From an uncultured Pelagibacteraceae bacterium (GTDB lineage Bacteria > Pseudomonadota > Alphaproteobacteria > Pelagibacterales > AG-422-B15), in the NCBI GenBank assembly GCA_902611715.1, contig CACMAQ010000002.1, forward strand, positions 714-64,713: 64,000 nt of DNA, read 5' to 3'. The notes below the pieces were generated by a model. It was not told where the DNA came from, ran no database searches, and saw only the letters and a list, made by a program, of their open reading frames with translations. Below, one piece after another: positions 29,837 to 40,891 of the stretch (its first letter is position 1; each line of letters opens with the position of its first letter). A program made the translations under genes and the position numbers.

Positions 29837-30472
29837 TTAATGTTTCTTGTTAAAATTTTTAAATTCTTTATTAATTAATTTTTTAGACAAAGAACCTTCG
29901 CGTATAATGTTTATTTGATTATTTTTAGTTTCAACTAAAGTTGACTCTTTAAAGCTCATTTTACCTTTTTTTTCGATTGCATAAGCAACATCTTTTGATT
30001 TTATTATTCCTAATTGATTTAAAGATTTTATATTTATTTCTCCATGAATATTAGCGCTTGTAGTTGCGAGTGGCTTCTGAACGTACTCGAGAATTTTTAT
30101 GACGTCTTTATTTTTTGGAATGCGTATACCTACCTTAGACAATCTTTTATCCCCATTGTAAAACTTTTTTCCTTTCTTTTTTAATATCAAAGTAAGTGGT
30201 CCAGGCCAATATTTTGATGCCAAATATTCTTCAAAAGGTGAAAATATTGCAAGCTTTTTAGCTTCAGCAATTGAATGAGTAAACAGAATAAGAGGAAATC
30301 TTTTGGGTCTTTTTTTAATCTTAAATATATTTTCAACGCCTTGAAAACTCTTTGCATCGGCTGCAATACCATAAACGGTATCTGTTGGGATTACTATAGT
30401 TTTTCCTATGAGTAGACTTCTAGTTATAATTTTAATATTATTTGAATTTAGATTTATTATTTTAGATTTCAT
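29837..30472 (-). CDS. tsaC: L-threonylcarbamoyladenylate synthase (YrdC/TsaC family)
   Basis: PTDTVYGIAADA, KKRPKRFPLIL and TSANIHG motifs. Start at ATG 30472; the longer track ORF would overlap the neighbouring gene. Confidence 0.8.
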   Translation of the reverse strand: MKSKIINLNSNNIKIITRSLLIGKTIVIPTDTVYGIAADAKSFQGVENIFKIKKRPKRFPLILFTHSIAEAKKLAIFSPFEEYLASKYWPGPLTLILKKKGKKFYNGDKRLSKVGIRIPKNKDVIKILEYVQKPLATTSANIHGEINIKSLNQLGIIKSKDVAYAIEKKGKMSFKESTLVETKNNQINIIREGSLSKKLINKEFKNFNKKH

Positions 30473-30475
30473 TAA

Positions 30476-31411
30476 ATGACTCAAACACAAATATATTTCG
30501 ATGATAGTTTTAAAGATCATGTATCTTCTCTCGATTATCCAGAGAGAACTGATCGGGTAAAAAATATCATCGATTTAATAAATAATGAAGAATTTAAAAA
30601 TATATCAATAATTAAACCGAATAAGGTAGATTACTCTCATATTTATGAAGCACATGATAAAAGATTTGTAGATGAAACTCTTGATCGTTTTCCAAAAGAT
30701 GAACAGATAGTTTTTCTGGATCAAGAAACACCTGTTTCTCGTGGTTCTTTTGAGGCAACATTAAAAGCTGCAGGCGCTGGCATAGACGCAGCAGATAACG
30801 TTATAAATAAAAAATGTATGAATGCGTTCTGTATTGTAAGGCCGCCAGGCCATCATGCATGTTATGACCGTTCAATGGGTTTTTGTGTATTTAATAATGT
30901 AGCTATATCTGCAAAGTACTTGATTAATAGGTATGGTTTAGAAAATATTGCCATTATTGACTTTGATGTTCATCATGGAAACGGAACGCAAGATATATTC
31001 TATGAAAATTCTAAGGTGCATTACTATTCAACTCATCAATATCCATTGTATCCTGGAACAGGCGATACAAATGAAAAGGGAGTAGGCAATATTGTTAATG
31101 TACCTCTTCAAGCGGGAACAAATTCATCTCAATATCAATCGGCATTTGATGAGATAATTATAAAAAAATTACATGATCAAAAACCAGATTTTTTAATTTT
31201 ATCAGCGGGTTTCGATGCTCACGAAAAAGACCCATTGGCATCGTTAGAACTTTTAGAAAATGATTTTAAATTGATTACACAAAAGTTGATGAGTATTGCA
31301 GATAAATATTGTGATAATCGAATTATTTCTATGCTTGAAGGTGGATATGATATACAAGCTTTAGAAAATTCAATAATCACCCATATAAGAGAGTTACAAA
31401 GTAATGACTAA
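30476..31411 (+). CDS. Histone deacetylase-family amidohydrolase (AcuC/acetylpolyamine deacetylase-like)
   Basis: RPPGHHA, DFDVHHGNGTQ and EGGY motifs. 311 aa. Confidence 0.85.
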   Translation: MTQTQIYFDDSFKDHVSSLDYPERTDRVKNIIDLINNEEFKNISIIKPNKVDYSHIYEAHDKRFVDETLDRFPKDEQIVFLDQETPVSRGSFEATLKAAGAGIDAADNVINKKCMNAFCIVRPPGHHACYDRSMGFCVFNNVAISAKYLINRYGLENIAIIDFDVHHGNGTQDIFYENSKVHYYSTHQYPLYPGTGDTNEKGVGNIVNVPLQAGTNSSQYQSAFDEIIIKKLHDQKPDFLILSAGFDAHEKDPLASLELLENDFKLITQKLMSIADKYCDNRIISMLEGGYDIQALENSIITHIRELQSND

Positions 31412-31637
31412 AATACCTGATGACATAAAAAAACTTACTTTTGAAAAAGCTATGGAAGAACTATCTGAGATTGTAGAAAATTTAGAGAGCGGAAACATTG
31501 ATCTTGAAAAGTCTATTGAGTATTATACGCGTGGATCGCAATTAAGAGCCCATTGCCAACAAAAATTAGACGATGCAGTTTTAAAACTTGAGGAAATCAA
31601 AGTGCTGCCAGATGGTAAAATATCTAAAAAAAAGTAA
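31404..31637 (+). CDS. xseB: Exodeoxyribonuclease VII small subunit
   Basis: 77 aa helical protein (FEKAMEELSEIVENLESG ... LEKSIEYYTRG) upstream of ispA, as in many bacteria. Confidence 0.85.
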   Translation: MTKIPDDIKKLTFEKAMEELSEIVENLESGNIDLEKSIEYYTRGSQLRAHCQQKLDDAVLKLEEIKVLPDGKISKKK

Positions 31638-32456
31638 ATGAAACATCAAATCATAAATAACGATTTGAAAAAATTTACCATTAAATTCAATAAATTTTTA
31701 AAAAAAAAACTTAGTAAAGATAAAAATCTATTAAATCAAGCTATCCTGTATTCAATTAATACAGGAGGTAAAAGATTTAGACCATACCTAGTATATATTT
31801 TTGGTAAAGAATTGAATTTATCAAACAGTGTTATTTTTAATTTAGCTACAGCAATTGAGATGTTACATAATTATTCTCTTGTGCATGATGATTTACCTTC
31901 TATGGACAACGATCAATTTAGAAGAGGAAAAAAAACAACACACTATAAATTCAATGAATATACTGCAATTCTCGCGGGATGCGCTTTATTGACAAAAGCA
32001 TATCAAATTTTATCTAGTAGTTCTTTTAAAATATCAGATAAGAAAAAAACAAAGTTGATTGAAGTAATGAGCAAAGTTTCAGGTGAAAAAGGACTTCTTT
32101 TAGGGCAATACTATGATTTGAGTTTAAAATCACCTACTGTAAGTGGGAGATTAGAATTAAACAAATTAAAAACTGCAAAATTAATGTCTTATTGCTGTCA
32201 AGCAGTTGCAATTTGTGCAAATAAAAATAAGAGTGTCGAAGATAGTATGAAAAAAATTGGAGAGTACATCGGAGAAATTTTTCAAATCAATGATGACATT
32301 GCAGATTTTCCAAGAATGTCAAAGGCAAATACTGAGATTTTACTAAATTACAAAAAAAAACTAGCTGAAAAGACGTTAAAGAATTTGAAGAAAATTAAAT
32401 TAAAGAAAAAAAAGACTTTGTTGCTTATTGATTTTTTAGTTGATCTAAAAGTTTAG
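31638..32456 (+). CDS. ispA: Farnesyl diphosphate synthase (short-chain polyprenyl synthase)
   Basis: First Asp-rich motif [18 protein letters not shown] and second motif FQINDDIAD. xseB-ispA synteny. Confidence 0.85.
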   Translation: MKHQIINNDLKKFTIKFNKFLKKKLSKDKNLLNQAILYSINTGGKRFRPYLVYIFGKELNLSNSVIFNLATAIEMLHNYSLVHDDLPSMDNDQFRRGKKTTHYKFNEYTAILAGCALLTKAYQILSSSSFKISDKKKTKLIEVMSKVSGEKGLLLGQYYDLSLKSPTVSGRLELNKLKTAKLMSYCCQAVAICANKNKSVEDSMKKIGEYIGEIFQINDDIADFPRMSKANTEILLNYKKKLAEKTLKNLKKIKLKKKKTLLLIDFLVDLKV

Positions 32457-33538
32457 CCACATTGCGCTCTATTGCGCAATATATGATCTGCTAAAACACA
32501 CGCCATCATAGCCTCAGCAATTGGGACAGCTCTCAAACCTACACATGGATCGTGACGACCTTTTGTTGAAATTGATGTATTTTGAAATTTATTATTAATT
32601 GTTTTTTTTGCCTTCAAAATTGACGACGTTGGTTTAATCGTTATTGATAAATTTAAATCCTGACCACTTGATATACCACCTAAGATTCCGCCAGAGTTAT
32701 TAGAAGAAAAGATAATTTTTTTATTTTTATTAGCTCTTATTTCGTCGGAGTTTTCATCTCCTGATAATTCAACAGCCTCATTACCAGCTCCTATTTCAAC
32801 ACCTTTAACAGCGTTGATGCTCATCATTGCACCTGCAAGGTCAGCATCTAATTTACCATATACTGGTTCTCCAAGTCCGGCGGGAACATTTTTTGCATTT
32901 ACTAATAATTTTGCACCCAATGATGATCCTTTTTTTCTAGTTTCATCTAGGTACTCTTCCCAAACTTTAACTATTTTTTTATCAGGACAGAAAAATGAAT
33001 TTTTCTTTACGTCATTCCAATTGAAATTTCTTTGATTAATTGTGAGCTTTCCAACTTGTGTAACTGCACCTTGAATTAAAATATCTTTTTTTAATATATG
33101 TCCAATTACTTTTCTTGCGACAGCTCCAGCAGCTACTCTACTCGCAGTTTCTCTTGCGGAAGAACGACCTCCACCTCTATAATCTCTTATTCCATATTTC
33201 AAAAAATATGTTAGGTCAGCATGTCCAGGTCTAAATTTATTTTTTATATCGCTGTAGTCTTTTGATTTCTGATCTTTGTTCCAAATTAACAGCATTATCG
33301 GAGTTCCAGTTGTTTTTCCCTCAAAGACACCAGATAAAATTGAAACTTCATCATCTTCTCTTCTTTGAGTAACAAATCGATTTTTTCCTGGCTTTCTCAT
33401 ATCCAAGTATTTCTGAATATCCTTTTCCTTAAGAGGTATAAGAGGAGGACAACCGTCAATTACACATCCAATAGCTTCCCCATGAGACTCACCCCATGTT
33501 GTAAATCGAAAATTTTTTCCAAAAGTATTAAATGACAT
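32453..33538 (-). CDS. aroC: Chorismate synthase
   Basis: TWGESHG, RPGHADL and [10 protein letters not shown] signatures. 361 aa. Confidence 0.95.
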   Translation of the reverse strand: MSFNTFGKNFRFTTWGESHGEAIGCVIDGCPPLIPLKEKDIQKYLDMRKPGKNRFVTQRREDDEVSILSGVFEGKTTGTPIMLLIWNKDQKSKDYSDIKNKFRPGHADLTYFLKYGIRDYRGGGRSSARETASRVAAGAVARKVIGHILKKDILIQGAVTQVGKLTINQRNFNWNDVKKNSFFCPDKKIVKVWEEYLDETRKKGSSLGAKLLVNAKNVPAGLGEPVYGKLDADLAGAMMSINAVKGVEIGAGNEAVELSGDENSDEIRANKNKKIIFSSNNSGGILGGISSGQDLNLSITIKPTSSILKAKKTINNKFQNTSISTKGRHDPCVGLRAVPIAEAMMACVLADHILRNRAQCG

Positions 33539-33540
33539 GT

Positions 33541-34521
33541 TTATTTGTCTCTTATTATTAAATGATCCACCAGTTCGACAAGATACACTTTATATTTATT
33601 TCCTTCAAATTTATTAACATTAGTTTTAGCTTTTTCTGCGTATTTTCTAATAAATTCGATTGAACTCTTATAAGTATTTGTTTTCTTCATCAGATCCAGA
33701 ATTAGTGCCAGATCTTTTTTACTTCTTTTTCTCTTAAAAAATAGCTTGGCTATAATTTTTTTTGACTTTTTATCAGATTTTTTGAAACAATGAATTGCAG
33801 GATATGTTACCTTTCCCTCAAAAAAATCTTTTCCGACACTTTTACCCATTTTGCTCGAGTCACCAAAATAATCTAATACGTCATCAGATAATTGAAAGGC
33901 CATGCCAAAATTAAATCCAAAATTATTAAATATTTTTTGAGTTCTTTTATCTTGGTCAGTAATGATGGTTGGTAAGAAACAAGATATCCTAAAAAGCTCA
34001 GCAGTTTTAGCATCTATGATAGATAAATAATTTTTTTCTGTTAAGTTAATATTTTGATTATTGCCTACGTCTTGTATTTGTCCTCTTGCTAAAATGAGTG
34101 ATGTTTGGGATAATATCTCTAGTAATTTTAATGATTTATTTTTTACCATTAGCTTAAAAGCTCTACTTAACAGGTAATCTCCAACTAAAACACTTACTTT
34201 ATTTCCCCATATTTGATTTGCGCTTAATTTTCCTCTTCTGATCTTTCCTGTATCAATTACATCATCATGCAACAAAGTGGCGTTATGAATAAACTCAATG
34301 CAGACAGCAAGTGTTACATCCGCGTTACCTTTGTAATTCAGCATTTTTGATACAAGTAAAGTAAGAAGGGGCCTTATTTTTTTTCCTTTAGCTTTAATGA
34401 GATGGCCTGCTGTTAATGTAATTAATTTTTCTTCATCCTTGATGTTCTTACTGATTTCTCTTTCAACTCTCTTCAGAGAGCTTTTAAGTAAATTCGATAA
34501 TGATTTTACTGGTGTATTCAC
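33541..34521 (-). CDS. ispB: Long-chain (octaprenyl-type) polyprenyl diphosphate synthase
   Basis: [16 protein letters not shown] and [10 protein letters not shown] motifs. 326 aa. Confidence 0.85.
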   Translation of the reverse strand: MNTPVKSLSNLLKSSLKRVEREISKNIKDEEKLITLTAGHLIKAKGKKIRPLLTLLVSKMLNYKGNADVTLAVCIEFIHNATLLHDDVIDTGKIRRGKLSANQIWGNKVSVLVGDYLLSRAFKLMVKNKSLKLLEILSQTSLILARGQIQDVGNNQNINLTEKNYLSIIDAKTAELFRISCFLPTIITDQDKRTQKIFNNFGFNFGMAFQLSDDVLDYFGDSSKMGKSVGKDFFEGKVTYPAIHCFKKSDKKSKKIIAKLFFKRKRSKKDLALILDLMKKTNTYKSSIEFIRKYAEKAKTNVNKFEGNKYKVYLVELVDHLIIRDK

Positions 34522-34613
34522 TTATTAATTATGATTTTGTTTTATATTTAGATGTACTTATAATATAGTCTCATATAATTAAAAGTTATTGATTTCAGGC
34601 AAAAATTAAAAAA

Positions 34614-35420
34614 ATGAGCTTTATATCCTCTAAAAAAAGAATAAATATAGTTGGCTTGCGAGGTGTTATTGGAGATCTCGGCAGATTTCAAAAGGGACTG
34701 ACACTTGAGAATTGTGCAGCTGTTCTAGATAAAGCTTTTAGCTTTAAAAAGCCATCTATAGTAGTCATTAAGATCAACTCTCCAGGTGGTTCACCGGTTC
34801 AATCCGAGCTTATACACAATCGTATAAGAAATTTATCGAAGAAAAACAATGTGAAAGTGATTACAATCGCGGAGGATGTTGCTGCCTCAGGAGGTTATAT
34901 GCTGATGTGTGCAGGAGATACCTTAATCGCCAATAAAAGTTCTATAGTCGGATCAATAGGTGTGATCAGTGCCTCTTTTGGATTTAAAAAATTAATAGAT
35001 AAAATAGGCATTAAAAGGAGAGTTTTTACAAAAGGAGATAGAAAATCGTTTCTCGATCCATTTGAAGAAGTTTCTAAAAAAGACATAGATAAGCTGATCA
35101 AAGTTCAGGATAGTATATTTGAAAATTTCAAAGATTTAGTATCAAAAAATAGAAAAAAGAAAATAGACCCAAAAAAAGTTTTTAATGGGGAGTTTTGGAC
35201 AGGCGAACAAGCAAAAAAACTCGGTTTAGTAGACTCTAATGAAGAACTAAACTCATACATTGAAAAACATTATGGAAAAAAATTAAAGATTAGGAACATA
35301 GAAGAAAAAAAATCATTCATTAAAAATATTTTAAATAATCAGATTTCAAATAACGATATTGTTGACCGGCTTACAGAAGCTCTAAGGGAAAATTCTTTCT
35401 GGAGTCGATATGGCCTCTAA
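34614..35420 (+). CDS. sppA: Signal peptide peptidase SppA, 36K type (S49)
   Basis: INSPGGS and AASGGYM motifs of S49 peptidases. 268 aa. Confidence 0.75.
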   Translation: MSFISSKKRINIVGLRGVIGDLGRFQKGLTLENCAAVLDKAFSFKKPSIVVIKINSPGGSPVQSELIHNRIRNLSKKNNVKVITIAEDVAASGGYMLMCAGDTLIANKSSIVGSIGVISASFGFKKLIDKIGIKRRVFTKGDRKSFLDPFEEVSKKDIDKLIKVQDSIFENFKDLVSKNRKKKIDPKKVFNGEFWTGEQAKKLGLVDSNEELNSYIEKHYGKKLKIRNIEEKKSFIKNILNNQISNNDIVDRLTEALRENSFWSRYGL

Positions 35421-36768
35421 AAACATGGAAGACCTCGTTTCATTATGTAAAAGACGGGGGTTTATTTTTCAATCAAGTGAAATTTATGGTGGCTTGCAAG
35501 GAATATATGACTATGGTCCACTCGGAGTAGAATTAAAAAATAACCTTAAATCTTCGTGGTGGAAATCAATGATCTATGATCGAGATGACGTTGAAGGACT
35601 TGATGCATCAATTTTAACAAGTAGGCATGTATTAAAATATTCAGGCCATGAAGATACTTTCTCTGATCCTTTAGTCGACTGTAGAAATTGCAAAAATAGA
35701 TTTAGATCTGACCAGGCCACGGATGGAAAATGTCCAGCATGTGGGTCTAGCGATCTAACTGAACCTCGACCATTTAATCTTATGTTTAAAACCACAGTTG
35801 GTCCTGTAGATGATGGTAGTAATTATGCTTACCTAAGACCTGAAACCGCACAGCAAATTTTTACAAATTTTAAAAATATATTGGATTCAACAAGTAAGAC
35901 CATTCCTTTTGGAATTGCGCAAATAGGTAAAGCTTTTAGAAATGAAGTCACTCCAGGCAAATTCATATTCAGAGTTAGAGAGTTTGAACAAATGGAATTA
36001 GAATTTTTCGTTGAACCAGGTAAAGATGACGAGTGGCATAAATATTGGGTAGACAAGAGGTATTCATGGTGGATTGATCAAGGCATATCTGAAAAAAGAT
36101 TAAAAAAGCTAGATGTTGAAGATGCTGACCTATCTCACTACTCAAAAGCTACTGTAGATCTTATGTATGAATTTCCACATGGACTTGAAGAATTAGAAGG
36201 TATAGCAAACAGAACTGATTTCGATCTTGGCTCTCACACTAAAAATCAAAATGACTTTAAAATATCCGCAGATGTAATGAAAAATAACCAATCAACAACA
36301 AAATTGAGTATTCAAAATCTAGAAAGTAAAGAATGGTATATCCCGTATGTTATAGAACCCTCCGCTGGTGTTGATCGAGGCGTATTTGCGCTACTCAATG
36401 AAGCTTACAAGGAGGAGGATTTAGAAAACGGAAATAAAAGAGTTGTATTAAGCTTGAAACCACATTTGTCTCCAATTAAAGCGGCCGTAATTCCTCTAAA
36501 AAGAAATAATGAGGATTTAGTCAATAAAGCAAGCAAGATTAAGAATGATCTTCAAGCACTAGGTATGGGAAGGGTCATTTTAGAAAACTCTGGTAATATT
36601 GGAAAAGGTTATAGACGTCATGATGAGATTGGCACACCTATTTGCATAACAGTTGACTTTGAAACAATCGAAAATGATACAGTGACTATAAGAGATAGAG
36701 ATACTATGTCACAAAAAAGAGTTTCATCTCAAGACTTAAACCTTGAATATAAAAAAGTTTTTAATTAA
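35410..36768 (+). CDS. glyQS: Glycine-tRNA ligase, single-chain alpha2 type
   Basis: Class II motifs FNLMF, RPETAQ, GKAFRNE and [11 protein letters not shown], plus a CxxC-x14-CxxC insertion. 452 aa. Confidence 0.92.
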   Translation: MASKNMEDLVSLCKRRGFIFQSSEIYGGLQGIYDYGPLGVELKNNLKSSWWKSMIYDRDDVEGLDASILTSRHVLKYSGHEDTFSDPLVDCRNCKNRFRSDQATDGKCPACGSSDLTEPRPFNLMFKTTVGPVDDGSNYAYLRPETAQQIFTNFKNILDSTSKTIPFGIAQIGKAFRNEVTPGKFIFRVREFEQMELEFFVEPGKDDEWHKYWVDKRYSWWIDQGISEKRLKKLDVEDADLSHYSKATVDLMYEFPHGLEELEGIANRTDFDLGSHTKNQNDFKISADVMKNNQSTTKLSIQNLESKEWYIPYVIEPSAGVDRGVFALLNEAYKEEDLENGNKRVVLSLKPHLSPIKAAVIPLKRNNEDLVNKASKIKNDLQALGMGRVILENSGNIGKGYRRHDEIGTPICITVDFETIENDTVTIRDRDTMSQKRVSSQDLNLEYKKVFN

Positions 36769-37230
36769 CTATATATCTCTTCTCGGAAATTCTATTTTGC
36801 TAAATGGCCAAGATTTTTCTAACCATTCCTTAAATGTTTTTCCTAATTCATCCTCTAAGCCGCTATCAAGTAAATCCTGCCTTATCCAATAGTATGCTTG
36901 TATCTCGTACTCAGGGTTATCGGAGGGATAAATATAGCAACAACCGATTACATCATTCTCTTCTTTTGTTGATAGAACTGTGTAAGCGAAAGAATGTCTA
37001 AGAGAAAATTCCACCTCATGCCATCCCAGATCGGCAAGATTTTCATCTAATGTCATTTCTTTTGGCCATTCACTATCGTCCATTAGTTTATATAGATGGT
37101 CTATACTTTTCATTACTGCCTCATAGTCTTTATCGACATATTTTATTGTTAGTGGTTTTAGGATAAAATTTTCAGTTACCAATTCTGCAGGAACTTTAAA
37201 ACTATTTTTAACTATTGGACGGCTGTACAC
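36769..37230 (-). CDS. Hypothetical protein, possible GNAT-fold acetyltransferase
   Basis: 153 aa ORF abutting glyQS and nadC. Pattern LKPLT ... DYEAVM ... WP ... GCCYIYP resembles a GNAT subfamily, but I cannot verify this. Confidence 0.4.
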   Translation of the reverse strand: MYSRPIVKNSFKVPAELVTENFILKPLTIKYVDKDYEAVMKSIDHLYKLMDDSEWPKEMTLDENLADLGWHEVEFSLRHSFAYTVLSTKEENDVIGCCYIYPSDNPEYEIQAYYWIRQDLLDSGLEDELGKTFKEWLEKSWPFSKIEFPRRDI

Positions 37231-38070
37231 TTAAATTTCAAGTCCAAAATCAATGTTTTCAATACTATGAGTAAGTTGTCCGATTGAAATTCTATCAATT
37301 TTTGTTTTTGCATAAGACTTAATATTTTTTAAATTAATATTTCCAGATGCCTCACAAAGAAACCTTTTTTTAACAATTTTTAAGCACTGAGAAATTTGTT
37401 TCTCAGACATATTATCGAGAAGTACAATATCTATTTTCTGATTTAAAATTTTTTTCAGTTGTTTAATTGTATCAATTTCTACTGTAATTTTTCTTTTTAA
37501 TTTTGATTTTTTAATTTTTTTTATATTCTCAACAATTCCCTCTTTATTTACAAGATGGTTATCTTTTATGAAATAAAAATCTGATAAAGAGGCCCTGTTT
37601 ACATGCGCACCACCAATTGTAAGAGCATATTTTTGTATCTGTCTCACCCCAGCAATTGTTTTTCTTGTTGAATAAATTTTAACACCGTAAGGTGCTGCAA
37701 TATCAACGAATTTTCTTGTTTTTGTCGCAATACCAGACATGAACCCTAAAAAGTTTAGAGCTGTTCTCTCGGCAATTAATATACTTTGTGCATCACCATC
37801 AACTTCAATAATTTTATTTCCTTTAACCACTTTACTTCCATCTTTTTTTAAAACTATTATTTTAATTTTACTATTGAGTTCTTTAAATGTTTGAACAACA
37901 AACTCAGTTCCACAGACAATTGCACTCTCTTTTGCGACTATAGATGCTTTGAGCCTTGTTTTTTTAGAAATTAAAACTTTTGAGGTTATATCACCATATC
38001 TATCAAAATCTTCTTTCAAAGCAATTTTGATTTTTTCCTTAATATCTTTTTTAGCTAACAAGTTTTTCAT
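37231..38070 (-). CDS. nadC: Nicotinate-nucleotide pyrophosphorylase (quinolinate phosphoribosyltransferase)
   Basis: ALKEDFDRYGDITS N-terminal motif and a QPRTase barrel. Downstream of nadA-nadB. Start placed at ATG 38070 (alternative 38115). Confidence 0.85.
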   Translation of the reverse strand: MKNLLAKKDIKEKIKIALKEDFDRYGDITSKVLISKKTRLKASIVAKESAIVCGTEFVVQTFKELNSKIKIIVLKKDGSKVVKGNKIIEVDGDAQSILIAERTALNFLGFMSGIATKTRKFVDIAAPYGVKIYSTRKTIAGVRQIQKYALTIGGAHVNRASLSDFYFIKDNHLVNKEGIVENIKKIKKSKLKRKITVEIDTIKQLKKILNQKIDIVLLDNMSEKQISQCLKIVKKRFLCEASGNINLKNIKSYAKTKIDRISIGQLTHSIENIDFGLEI

Positions 38071-39664
38071 CAAATTCTGATATAGTAGAATCCAAGATAG
38101 TTTTGATATAACCATCTATTTCTGAATATTTAATATCAAAATGCTTAATAAAATCTTTATCAGTATCTTGGTAATCAGATCTTAAATGACAACCTCGACT
38201 TTCTGTTCTTAAATAAGCGCCTATGATAATAAATTTGCTAACCAAAATCATATCATTAAGTTTAGCCGAAAGGCCTTTTGACTCTCTCTCAATTTTAATT
38301 ACATCAGTTAGACCTCTGATAATAGAGTCTTTATTTCTAACTATTCCTAAATTTCTCATCATAGAAGACCTTAATTGCCATATATATTTTTTTGCTCTTA
38401 TTTTATTTTTAGTTTTCTCTTTAAAAATCTTTATAAATTTAGAGCTAATATGAATATCCTTTTTTATATTCTTTTTATTTATTTCGCTTGCAACAATCTT
38501 AGCAAATACAAGAGACTCTAATAGTGAATTTGACGCAAGGCGGTTTGCTCCATGAATACCAGTTGCAGCAACCTCTCCACAGCACCATAGTCCTTCAACA
38601 GAAGTCTGTCCTTTCAAATCAGTTTTTACGCCACCTATATGATAATGAGCGACAGGAATTATTGGCAGCAGGTCTTTTTCAGGATCTAAATCTGCATTTT
38701 CACAGTAGGATGAAACTTGAGGAAATCGAGTATTAAAATTACTGCCCATGTGTCTACAATCTAAAAATACTGAATTTCCTTTTTCGGTTTGTTTAAATAT
38801 ATTTTGAGCAATAAGATCTCGTGGTGCTAACTCGTGATCTGGATGAATACCCAACATAAATCTCTCTTCATCTTGGTTTACAAGGTAAGCCCCCTCACCT
38901 CTAATTGCCTCAGTAGCCAAAGGAGTAGGGTCTAAGCCAAAGTCAAGACCTGTCGGATGAAATTGAACAAACTCCATATCTGTAAGTGTTGCGCCTGCAT
39001 GTGATGCTAACGCTACGCCCTCACCATAAGAACTTCGTGGATTGGTTGTATTTGCAAAAATACCTCCTAAACCACCTGTCGCTAAAACTACGTGAGAACT
39101 TTGGATAACTACATTATTGTCAGGAACATTATTGTCAGTAAATCTTCCAATTACTCCGTAAATAGTATTTTTTTCTGTCATAATTCGATCAATTGAAACA
39201 TTTTCTAAAACTGTGATGTGATCACTTTTTTTTACTCTTCCAATTAAGCCGCGCATAATTTCAAGACCAGAACTATCACCTCTTGACCTTATGATTCTAT
39301 TGAAGCTGTGGGCACCTTCTAGCCCTAAATTAAAAGTACCATCTTCATTTTTATCAAAATTAACTCCGTATCCCTCTAAATCATCAATGATCCCTTTTGC
39401 ATTATTTACAACTTCTTTTATCGCATCGACATTGGCTAAGCCTTTTGCTGTCGTTAAAGTATCATTAATATGACTTTCAATACTGTCATCTTTTGAAACT
39501 GCCGCGGCAATCCCTCCTTGAGCCCAACTGCTTGAAGTATTTATTCCAAGTGAACTTTTAGTAATTACGCAAACTTTTCTTGGCGCTAAGTTAAGTGCAA
39601 CAGTTAATCCTGCTACCCCTCCACCCACTATTACAACATCAGGGCTATAAATAGCATCTGACAT
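38051..39664 (-). CDS. nadB: L-aspartate oxidase
   Basis: VVIVGGGVAGL FAD fold, succinate dehydrogenase/fumarate reductase flavoprotein-like core (FVQFHPTG, RGEG). 537 aa. Confidence 0.93.
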   Translation of the reverse strand: MSDAIYSPDVVIVGGGVAGLTVALNLAPRKVCVITKSSLGINTSSSWAQGGIAAAVSKDDSIESHINDTLTTAKGLANVDAIKEVVNNAKGIIDDLEGYGVNFDKNEDGTFNLGLEGAHSFNRIIRSRGDSSGLEIMRGLIGRVKKSDHITVLENVSIDRIMTEKNTIYGVIGRFTDNNVPDNNVVIQSSHVVLATGGLGGIFANTTNPRSSYGEGVALASHAGATLTDMEFVQFHPTGLDFGLDPTPLATEAIRGEGAYLVNQDEERFMLGIHPDHELAPRDLIAQNIFKQTEKGNSVFLDCRHMGSNFNTRFPQVSSYCENADLDPEKDLLPIIPVAHYHIGGVKTDLKGQTSVEGLWCCGEVAATGIHGANRLASNSLLESLVFAKIVASEINKKNIKKDIHISSKFIKIFKEKTKNKIRAKKYIWQLRSSMMRNLGIVRNKDSIIRGLTDVIKIERESKGLSAKLNDMILVSKFIIIGAYLRTESRGCHLRSDYQDTDKDFIKHFDIKYSEIDGYIKTILDSTISEFDEKLVS

Positions 39665-40686
39665 TAGCTGCTTCTGCCAATTTCAAGCATACGATCAATT
39701 GAAAGACGAGCTTTATCAATAATTGCCTTATCAACTTGAATTTGATACTGGTTAAATCGTATTGCGTCATAAATTTTCTTTAGAGAAATTCTTTTCATAT
39801 GAGGGCATAGATTACAAGGTCTGATAAATTCGACATTAGGATTCTCTATGGCAACATTGTCACTCATTGAGCATTCCGTAACCATTATTACCTTTCCAGG
39901 TTGATTATCTTTTACGTAATTACTCATGCCAGCTGTTGAGCCTGCAAAGTCACTTACTGCAATTACTTCAGGTGAACATTCGGGATGCGCTAATACAACA
40001 ATATCTTTATGCTGTTTTTTGTATGCCATTATTTCGTCTGCAGTAAATCTTTCATGCACTTCACAGCGACCTTTCCAAGAAATAATTTTCACATCTGTTT
40101 GGGCTGCAATATTTTTTGCAAGGTATTCATCAGGTAGAAATATAACCTTATCAACACCTAGAGATTCTACTACATGTTTCGCATTTCCTGATGTGCAGCA
40201 TACATCTGTTTCTGCCTTTACATCGGCAGACGTGTTTACATATGTTACAACTGGCACGCCAGGATATTTTTGCTTTAATAATCTTATGTCCTCTGCAGTT
40301 ATAGATTCAGACAAAGAACATCCTGCACGAGTATCTGGAATTAAAACATTTTTGTTTGGGCTAAGTATTTTTGCTGTTTCAGCCATAAAATGTACGCCAC
40401 ATACAATTATTGTATCTGCATCAGAGTCTCTTGCCTCGTAAGCCAACTTTAATGAGTCGCCAACAATGTCAGATACACAGTGGAAGATTTCAGGTGTCTG
40501 GTAATTGTGAGTTAATATTGCAATATTTTTTTCTTTTTTTAGCTTATTTATTTCATGAATAAGTGGAGCATGAAATGGCCATTCAACTTCAGGTATAATT
40601 TTCTCCACACCTTTATAAAGATGAGCTGTTGCATCTTTCACTTCAGTATTAAAATCTGATGGATATTGCAAATTATCATTCAACAT
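39664..40686 (-). CDS. nadA: Quinolinate synthase
   Basis: 340 aa with conserved Cys ligands and the [10 protein letters not shown] region. First gene of nadABC. Confidence 0.93.
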   Translation of the reverse strand: MLNDNLQYPSDFNTEVKDATAHLYKGVEKIIPEVEWPFHAPLIHEINKLKKEKNIAILTHNYQTPEIFHCVSDIVGDSLKLAYEARDSDADTIIVCGVHFMAETAKILSPNKNVLIPDTRAGCSLSESITAEDIRLLKQKYPGVPVVTYVNTSADVKAETDVCCTSGNAKHVVESLGVDKVIFLPDEYLAKNIAAQTDVKIISWKGRCEVHERFTADEIMAYKKQHKDIVVLAHPECSPEVIAVSDFAGSTAGMSNYVKDNQPGKVIMVTECSMSDNVAIENPNVEFIRPCNLCPHMKRISLKKIYDAIRFNQYQIQVDKAIIDKARLSIDRMLEIGRSS

Positions 40687-40778
40687 TATTATTTTTTAAT
40701 ATAGTTTAATATTACAATTATAGTTAAATGTATATATTTCAACATATCAACAATTATAAAAAAAAAAGGGTAAAAGCT

Positions 40779-40864
40779 GCCGTCGTGCTGGAATTGGTAG
40801 ACAGGCTGGTTTGAGGGATCAGTGAACATGGTTCGTGAGAGTTCGAGTCTCTCCGACGGCACCA
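40779..40864 (+). tRNA. tRNA-Leu (anticodon GAG)
   Basis: Acceptor GCCGTCG/CGACGGC, anticodon loop TTGAGGG, long variable arm, T arm GAGAG-TTCGAGT-CTCTC, encoded CCA. Confidence 0.93.
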
Positions 40865-40891
40865 AAAAGTCAATCTAATGGTTAATATTTA

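Noticed and set aside
39926-40441. 171-aa ORF antisense to nadA, and similar 60-100-aa antisense ORFs throughout the track (for example 1061-1279, 4991-5278, 15223-15495, 41817-42125)
   Set aside because: Each lies entirely inside a longer ORF with strong family motifs on the opposite strand. None has a recognisable domain or a ribosome-binding site.
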